Assembly (NCBI GenBank): GCA_964016885.1
Contig: OZ024744.1
Location: 34,906,001-34,970,000, forward strand
Origin: Eledone cirrhosa
Lineage: Eukaryota
Length of the DNA stretch: 64,000 bases
Direction: 5' to 3'
Position numbers and translations under genes: made by a program. Below the pieces are notes generated by a model that was not told the origin of the DNA, searched no databases, and worked only from the letters and a program-made list of their open reading frames with translations. This document shows positions 55,428 through 64,000 of this stretch, one piece after another (the first letter of the stretch is position 1; each line of letters opens with the position of its first letter).

Positions 55428-55619
55428 GATGATTTTTTTAATATAAGGAACTTGTTCTTTGTTTTTATTTCATTGTTTTTATTAATTTATCTTGACTCTG
55501 TTTTCCTATGATTTTCATCGAAAATTTTTGAATGCATCTTCTCTTTTCATGATATTTGGATTACATTGAGTTCTTCATACGGATTGGACACTACCGTATA
55601 TTTTGGTAGATTCATCTAC

Positions 55620-55629
55620 ATATTATATA

Positions 55630-55669
<40 letters not shown>

Positions 55670-55723
55670 ATGATATGATGATGATGATATATATATATAT
55701 TATATATATATTTTAAATATATA

Positions 55724-55754
<31 letters not shown>

Positions 55755-55975
55755 AAATATTTTATATATATATATATATATATATTATATATTTTATATA
55801 TATATATATATATTATATATTTTATATATATATATATTATATATATATATTTTATATATATATATATTTTATGTATATATTTTATATATATATATATATT
55901 ATATTATATATATATATATATTATATATATATTTTATATATATATATATATTATATTATATATATATATATATTA

Positions 55976-56030
<55 letters not shown>
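55620..56030. repeat. Long degenerate (TA)n array; many other (TA)n, (TG)n, (TAA)n and (GAT)n tracts occur throughout the window
   Basis: Directly visible. Confidence 0.95.
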
Positions 56031-56035
<5 letters not shown>

Positions 56036-56093
56036 GACATTTTTTACAATTCCAAACCACCCATCTCCTCAATCTATCTTACTTCTCATTCTT

Positions 56094-56129
56094 TCTTCTG
56101 ATGAAGGACTAGCATCCGAAACGTTAAGA
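56094..56129 (+). ncRNA. Minimal hammerhead motif
   Basis: TCTT-CTGATGA-AGGA(ctagca)TCC-GAAACGTT/AAGA. The stem III region is the palindrome AACGTT. The cassette is flanked by (TA)n on both sides. Confidence 0.65.
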
Positions 56130-56204
56130 CCCTCTTCCTGCTATATCAAGCGTTAACCTAATATATCCCTTCCGTATACTGTACCGATTGTGTTGTTATT
56201 TCTG

Positions 56205-56283
<79 letters not shown>

Positions 56284-56400
56284 GTGAGGTTTTTTTTACA
56301 AAATGAAAAATAACCGAGTGAAAGTATAAAGAAAAAGAGATGAAATCGAAAATGCAACTGGAGTCTTATTTTTTTTTTAAATATATATATTTATTTGGTT

Positions 56401-56438
56401 CCTTTACCAGTTTCGCAGTTCTTCTGCTTTTCAAAAGG
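56401..56438 (-). ncRNA. Hammerhead, U3-A8 covariant core (UUGAAAA)
   Basis: Minus strand CCTT-TTGAAAA-GCAG(aagaa)CTGC-GAAA-CTGG-TA/AAGG. Confidence 0.65.
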
Positions 56439-56513
56439 TGAGTTGAGAAGGAGGGTCTGTGGTTTTTCTCACATCTGATGTGAGAAAAACCACAGACCTT
56501 CCATCTCAACTCA

Positions 56514-56551
56514 CCTTTTGAAAAGCAGAAGAACTGCAAAACCGGTAAAGG
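56514..56551 (+). ncRNA. Mirror copy of the U3-A8 hammerhead, with G12 mutated to A
   Basis: CCTT-TTGAAAA-GCAG(aagaa)CTGC-AAAA-CCGG-TA/AAGG. Confidence 0.55.
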
Positions 56552-56621
56552 AACCAAATAAATATATATATTTTTTTTTTAAATAAGACTCCAGTTGCAT
56601 TTTCGATTTCATCTCTTTTTC

Positions 56622-56658
<37 letters not shown>

Positions 56659-56671
56659 ATGTATATATATT

Positions 56672-57915
56672 TATCATCATCATCATCACCATTTTATGTC
56701 AGCTTTTCCAATACACCATCCCTCCACTTGTCATGGTCATTCATCCTATCCTCTGTATGTTTCAGTAATGTAAGATCAGCTCTCACCACATCTGTCCAGG
56801 TTTTCCTTTGTCTTCCGCTACTGTCACATCTTCATACCAGCACAATCTTTCTCCTGCACACTATATCTCATATTTCTTGTTCCCACATTTTCTCTCAGTT
56901 CATCCATGCTTTCTTGTTCTTGGACATTAAAGTATACTTGCTTTATTTCTCTCTAGTCTTCACATATCCTCTCTATTCATTGTCCATGTCTCATTGCTAT
57001 GCAACATTGTACATTGCACACAGGCATCTTACAGCTGGCCTTTCATTTGTAGAGAAATGCCTTTAGTTGTCCACAAAAGTAGTAATTTCCTAAACCTTTT
57101 CCATCTTGTTCTTACTCTAGCTACTTTGCTCTCACAGCAACCTCCTCCACTTATATGGATCCTTCTTGGGATTGGAATAAGTTTATTTAACTGATGCTCT
57201 TACTACCAACAAACCTTGCACATCAGCTACAGGCAAATTCTACCTGCTGTCCCACTACACCACTTGTGTATCCCAAATGTACATTGTGTACATTGTATAG
57301 AGTTTCTACCCATTTCCCTGGGGCAATCAGGCTCTCGTTTATTTTTCCTAAATACTAAAACTTTGATCATTGCTAAGTTTATTCTAAACTCTTTTGATTC
57401 TAAGTTCAGTTTCCACAGCTAAAATTTATTCTCTAGTTTTTCCACAGATTCAGCTATAAAAACCAGATTATCAACATACAGTAGTTTACATGGACAACCA
57501 GTCTTAAAATCCTGTTATGTTTTAGAGAAATATAATAAACAGAAATGGGTTGAGGACTGAGCTCTGACTTGTCCTTTGAATTCTTCACTAGATTTATTTC
57601 CTACTCTCACTTTACTGACAGCTTCTCTCTACATAATTTGCACTGATCTCACAAGCCACTCTTCTACACCTAATTCCCTTAAGGACCACCAGATGACAGA
57701 TTAGGGTACTCTATCAAAGGCTTCTTCTAGATCAACAAAAGCTAAATATAGAGGCTTACTCTTAGCTAAGAACTTCTCTCGTAGTTTTTTTCACTAAGAA
57801 GAGGGCATCTGTACTGCGACTCTCATCTAATTTGACTCTTTCACTAATTAGTTGTGCTAAACCTTTTTCCTGTTTTATGCCCCTGTACTTGCTTCTTTCC
57901 AGAGCATCACCTTTT
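56672..57915 (-). mobile_element. Highly degenerate RTE related to 10170-12950
   Basis: The reverse complement retains KFLAKSKPLYLAFVDLEEAFDRVP and TGCPCKLLYVDNL remnants. (ATG)n tail. Confidence 0.7.
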
Positions 57916-59955
57916 CATCACCATCATCATCATCATCATCATCGTTTAATGTCTACTTTCCATGCTAGCATGGGTTAGACGGGTTTATCTCATTTGAGGC
58001 AAGCTCAGTTGAGGGACCATGTCTTGCTCATATAGGACTGTTTCTGGTTAGTTTTCTACAGCTGGATGCCCTTCCTAACGCCAACCACATTTACAGTGTG
58101 GGCTTGTTGCTTTTTGTTGTGACACCTACACAACTACTTTACAGTGTCTGGTGAGCACTTTGCTCCAGCCCAGCCCAAAATCTCATCAGTAAGCTATAGC
58201 AGTAACTTTCAATTGTCCTCTATGTCAAATATATTATATGCATTATGTAAGATTTTTCTGACATGTATTTAACAGAAAAGTCCTTTAGCTTCCATACTCT
58301 TCACCTAGTTTTCCGGCATTTTTTGTTCTGTCAAATAATTGTTTCTACTTTTGGCACAAGGCCAGCAATTACCCAGTGTATTACTGGTACTTTATTTTAT
58401 CGACTCCGTAAGGATGAAAGGCAAAGTTAACCTCAGCGGGATTTGAACTCAGACCGTAAAGAGACGTAACTCTATGCTTCAAAGCATGGTGTCCGACTCT
58501 CTACCGATACTGCCAATCCACCGTTCTGTCAAATAATGAACCTATGTTGGGCAGTGCAATCTTCTCTAGGGAAATATTTACAAGCAAGAAGTCAATCTGA
58601 CTTGTGTGTTTGCCTGGTTTGTATGTGATGAAGTGTTTGGCTGATTTCCTGAACTTAATGTAGAAGATGGCGAGTTCATTTGCATTTCAGAATTCTAGGA
58701 ACCTTACTCTTTCTTCATTTCTTGAGCCATAACCATAGCGACAGTGTACACCAGTGAATCCATCCTGGTGTTAGCCAGCATGTCTATTAAAATTGCCAGC
58801 TAAGATGACAGTCTCTGTCATCTATAACTGAAGTTGTCTGTAGAAGTTCCTCATAGAAACAGTGTTTTTGTTCTTTTGTTCAGTGTTTTTGTTCTTTACC
58901 TGACTGTGGTACATAACTAGAGATAGTTGTTATCATTCTATTACCTATGACTATTCTGAGCTTGATTCTGTCACTCTAACTACTTCAATTCTCTTATCTA
59001 TCCATTATCAATTAGTAGAATGCTAACACTACCTACCCCATCATCATTACCTACCCAGAAAAGCTTATGTTTATGTTGTTTTCCTGTGAGCAGTTTGGCT
59101 GAGGCTTCCCTCAATCTTACTTCTTGGACACAGTACACATCTACTCATCTCTTCCCATGTTACTCCATATTTTCTCCAGATCTATCTTTCAGGATACCCA
59201 CATAATCAGTAGTAGCCTTGAGGTGTGTTACATGACAGTGAATGTTAAGTTGTCCTTTGGTAGTATCTTTCTGTACCTGAAAGGGTAAATAGGTGTGTGA
59301 TTGTTTTATAGCAGTCAAAGGGTTCTTGCACACATCTAGCTTAACCACTTTGCTATCATGTGCAACAGTAACATGACTAGTGTTCGTCCTGTACACACAA
59401 TTTGTGTGAATCATATATGTTGTGCTTGTCATAGTTTTTGCGAACCACTTTGCAGTGAGGAGTGGGAGCATTCTTTGTGTTACACCACTAGAGAAGTGAC
59501 TTAAGAGTGCTCTCTAACCTGTGTTAGCCTTTTTTCAGTGGCTGCTCATCTAGACAGGTTGCCTTCACTATGGTTTACATACCTCATGTCAGTCCCATGT
59601 AGACATATGCTATTAGAATTTGTTGCTCGCATAGATGATCTACCTTCTCTATTGTTTAAAGAGCTCACATCTTCCTAATGCATCCATATTTATCTGGAGT
59701 CATATTTATATGCCTTTCATATACACACACATATATACACATGCATGCATATGTATACACACATACATAAATGTACATATATAGGTATACACATACATAT
59801 ATACAAATATACCCATACATATAAATACATACACACAATCATACATGGATGCCTATATGTATCCATATATATGCATATGCTTACATATGTATACATATAT
59901 ATTATGCATTTATAACCAAAGAGATGAGAGGCAAGATATAAAAAAGAAATAATGT

Positions 59956-60019
<64 letters not shown>

Positions 60020-60029
60020 TCATACATAC

Positions 60030-60330
60030 AAACCCTAACACAACTAGTTAGGAAATTACAAGTACAATCCATTAATGGAACATTAAAAATATGTAAAACA
60101 TTCCAAAAATGTTGCATCTAATAACTGCATATACACATGTACAGATACAAAGCATATACACATGCACACATACAACTCAAAACATCCACATCTACACATG
60201 CATGCAGACATATCTACCTAGTTGATGTTGTGTAAATTCCAATGAGAAAGTCTTGTGTCTATGTTAGAAACCGACTCTTCTCTATTGGCAGAAATTTGTG
60301 AAATTATAAAACCAGAAGAACATACATACA
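60030..60330 (+). mobile_element. 3'-end fragment of the Dong-like family at 6007-7812 (another short piece lies at 7937-8012, minus)
   Basis: QLVRKLQVQSINGT.KICKTFQK plus a matching 3' UTR, with TACA repeats on both sides. Confidence 0.8.
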
Positions 60331-60515
60331 TATGTGTGTGTATATATATATATATGTAGGAGGTGAGTTTTATTGTAGCAGAATAAAGCAATGCAAATAT
60401 CGGATAAGTAGCACTCAACAGTTTGTAGGACTGGATTATAAATAATATAAGATCAAAAGATGGTTAATACTTGGAACTCTTTTAACCATCTTTTGATCTT
60501 ATATTATATCGTCAT

Positions 60516-60581
<66 letters not shown>

Positions 60582-60637
60582 AAGGATCAAAACAATGTAT
60601 CTCTAGCTGTCAACTGTCTGTATTTTCCTGTCTTTGC

Positions 60638-60684
<47 letters not shown>

Positions 60685-60926
60685 AATAAATATCGTTTTT
60701 TATGAAAACAATATTAAAAAATTAGAAAGATAGGTGGAGAAGTCAAACAACTCAAAATAGAGTAATTTATTATAAAAGCAATGCAAAAAGCTATGTATCA
60801 TATCCCTGTGAAAGAATTTCCCAAAAAGACATGTATACAAAATCCTATCCTGCTAAAAATAACAATTACACTAGAAGCAAATTATCCATTAAAATAGACA
60901 CCAAATACAATTAATACATTAAATGT

Positions 60927-60971
60927 TGGTTTACGAACGTTTCATCCCCTTCCTGGGACTTTTCCAAACCA
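60927..60971 (-). ncRNA. Degenerate U3-A8-type hammerhead
   Basis: Minus strand TGGTT-TGGAAAA-GTCCC(aggaag)GGGAT-GAAA-CGTTCG-TA/AACCA. Confidence 0.5.
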
Positions 60972-62521
60972 GTTATTTAATAATTAATCCTCATTATAAT
61001 CTCACCAATGGGTGTTGGATTGGCAATATCGGTAAAGGACGCCATGCTTTACAGCATAGAGTTACGGCCCTTTATGATCTGAGTTCAAATCCTGCCGAGG
61101 TTAACTTTGCCTTTTATCCTTACGGAGTTGATAAAATAAAGTACCAGTAACCTACTGCGATTGATTTAATCGACTTTCTCTTCCCCAAAAATTACTGGCC
61201 TTGTGCCTATAATAGAAATCGTTATAATCTCACCAAAGCAATTAACAGCCTGCAGTTACAGAGAATGTTTACATTTTTAAAAAGATTGGAAATGACGCCA
61301 ATCCCGCCGAGGTTAACTTTGCCTTTCATCCTTACGGGGTCGATTAAATAAAGTACCAGTAATGTACTGGATAATTGCTGGCCTTGTGCCTAAAGTAGAA
61401 ACAATTATGTATTGAAAAGCGATATTGTTCAACTACAGAAAAAAAACGTCAAACCACCCTATCACATTACTATAGAAACTAATTTTTTTTTTTATATATG
61501 ATAAATATAGGAAGAAAAAAATATAAACTTGATAAAAATTGATAAAAAATGTATAAGCATATGAAGGAAAAAAGTCATAAACGTATACATAAATACACAT
61601 ACACACGCACATATACAAATATAGATATATATACATACATAAACATTATATACACATATAAATACACACATATTCACCCCTACTTACATACACACACATA
61701 AATATATACACGCATATATAGAGGTATACACCCAGTTATACAAACATAAAAACATACATAACCTCATACAAATACGTACACTCATATACACATAACTACA
61801 AATACATATATATAAACCCATATTATCACTGCATTTTTTAGAGGGAGGGTCCAATTTAGTGAGCAAATTAATAAAAAGTGGTGAAGAGTGTAGGTCAAAA
61901 CAGGCATAAGTTGTTGTTCTGAAGTTAACCAACTCTCTTAACATATTAACTCCTCCACCATTTTAACAGGGTTAATACATTTCACAACAGATCGATTTCT
62001 ATGCACTATCTAACAACACCAACATTATATATATATATAAGTATGTATACGTACATACATATATGTATACAGACGTACAGTAGTATGTATATATATACAT
62101 ACATGCACACATATATATATATATGTACGTATGGATTTACCGAACATGTATTATAATGCTCGGTGTGTTTGTAAACAAACATCCCGAATTAAGCCGTTCA
62201 GTGCTTAGCAACCATCGTTGCCCTTTTGTTCAACATTGACAAAGGAACGATGTACTAGTTTCAAGCTTATTAGCTATCGTCAGCACCATATACCTTCCTG
62301 CCAGATGATTGAACGTCTGAAAGTATATACTTTCCTTATGCATATTAACGGCTGAGCAGCCTAATTTGCATATCGAGTGACTTAATCGGCCGGGCGCACC
62401 GAAAACGATAAATGGAAAAAAATGAAACGAAATTTCATTTCTCACTCTTAGTACGGCTGTTACTTAAATATAAGTATGTATACGTACATACATATATGTA
62501 AACATACTTACAGTAGTATGG

Positions 62522-62577
<56 letters not shown>

Positions 62578-62798
62578 ATAATAATAAATGTGAAGACTAA
62601 AATCCAAAGAGGGCTTGATAAGGATAAATATATATCAAATATATAATAATCGTAGAGCAAATATTTATAAAAATAACAGATTAAAGTTTAAGTAACGAAT
62701 CGGTGCTTTCACCTTTTCTTTTTGGGGGTTTCAGAAGATCCCGTTAAGGGTGAAAGCAGCGATTCTTTGCTTTAAACTTTAATCTGTTATTTTAATAA

Positions 62799-62923
<125 letters not shown>

Positions 62924-63019
62924 AATGAAATGATTCCGTCGGAAAGGTCCAGGAAAAAAGAGTGCTCTGTGTAGGTTACAGAGCTTATTAGTTATGTAAT
63001 AAACAACATAAGATAATTA

Positions 63020-63079
63020 TTTCATTTACCAGTGGTTTCTTGAAAGCAACTAAAATTGCTTTCATTCATCAGAATGAAA
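63020..63079 (-). ncRNA. Canonical type I hammerhead in an inverted terminal repeat upstream of a Penelope-like ORF
   Basis: Minus strand TTTCATT-CTGATGA-A-TGAAAGCAA(ttttag)TTGCTTTCA-A-GAAA-CCACTGG-TA/AATGAAA. Stem I is 7 bp and stem II is 9 bp. Confidence 0.8.
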
Positions 63080-63189
63080 AAATCCTGGTGTCTTTATTGA
63101 CAGTGGATTTGAAAAACAAAAATATAACAGATATGAAAGTGAAGCTGGAGGAAAAAATAGGAGGGGGGAAAGAGTAATAAATAAGAACA

Positions 63190-64000
63190 TACCGTGACGA
63201 CGGATTGGCAGTTTCTCATATCACCAACGGCCATAACATTGATAAATTCCGTAGATTTAATCAATACTTTTGCTAACCTTAACCTTAAAATTACTATAGA
63301 TACGAACCTTACCAATGCTAACTTTCTTGACATTAATCTTGATCTACTTACTGCCTCTTTTAAACCTTATCATAAACCTAACGAGAATCTAAGATATATA
63401 CACAAAGAGTCTTGCCATCCCCCTATAGTTTTTAAAAATCTTATTCTCAATATTAGTTGTAGGATTTCTACTTTATCTTCATCCCTAGACATTTTTAATA
63501 AAGCTGCCCCTTATTATAATAAAGCCCTCAATAACAGCGGCTTTACAGAACAGATTACATATTTACCTACCCCTCCCCCTAAAACTAATCACAATAATAG
63601 GAAAAGGAAAATTATTTGGTTTACACCCCCTTTCTCTCTAACTGTCAAAACCAATGTGGGAAGGAAATTCCTTGACCTAGATAAGCATTTTCCCCCTAAT
63701 CATAGATATTATAAGATATTTAATAGAAATGTAGTTAAAATTAGTTACTCTTGCTGCCCATCCATGAAGTCTAAAATCACCAACTCTAATCGTACGAGAA
63801 TAAATCCAGGATGCAGTTGCAGAAAGCTGGATGAATGCCCATTACAGGGCAAATGTAACACCAAATCCGTTGTATATGAGGCCAAAGTAACACCTTTGAT
63901 TAACAACCAGCCAGCCAGGACTGAACGATATGTTGGTATGACTCAAGACAGGTTCAAAACCAGGTTTTATGCACATGTCGATCTTATAAACACTCTGATA
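63190..64000 (+). mobile_element. Penelope-like element: RT C-terminus + Zn linker + GIY-YIG, running off the window end
   Basis: YRDDGLA, NFLDINLDL, HPP, RKRKIIWFTPPFS, GCSCRKLDECPLQGKC, VVY...YVGMT..FKTRF..H. Not in the ORF track because of frameshifts. Confidence 0.88.

Noticed and set aside
62298-62336. CAGATGA...GAAA-GTATATAC-TT hammerhead-like string
   Set aside because: The core is mismatched and there is no stem I or stem II pairing.

Overview
AT-rich, repeat-saturated eukaryotic genomic DNA. The SINE/LINE and microsatellite make-up looks cephalopod (octopus-like), which is an inference. The only host coding sequence I can support is the last two exons of a TRPC-type (TRP/TRPL/TRP-gamma-like) cation channel gene on + (50410-50525 and 54116-54557). 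They are joined by a GC-AG intron and the protein ends in a PDZ-type motif (-TQL). Everything upstream is probably one very large intron packed with nested, mostly broken non-LTR retrotransposons: RTE, Tx1, R4/Dong-like elements with restriction-like endonuclease, CR1 and Penelope-like elements (PLE), plus tRNA-derived SINEs, two MITEs and microsatellites. The main signal hidden from the ORF track is a set of 12 minimal type I hammerhead ribozyme (HHR) motifs plus two remnants. They cluster at 1-5 kb and 55-63 kb, mostly sit in (TA)n-flanked and often palindromic PLE-terminal-repeat-like cassettes, and include recurring non-canonical cores (CCGAUGA, i.e. U4C; UUGAAAA, i.e. the U3-A8 covariant). 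One head-to-head pair has a stem II over 100 nt long and lies just downstream of the channel stop codon. Repeat boundaries were estimated by eye, and ribozyme activity is predicted, not shown.
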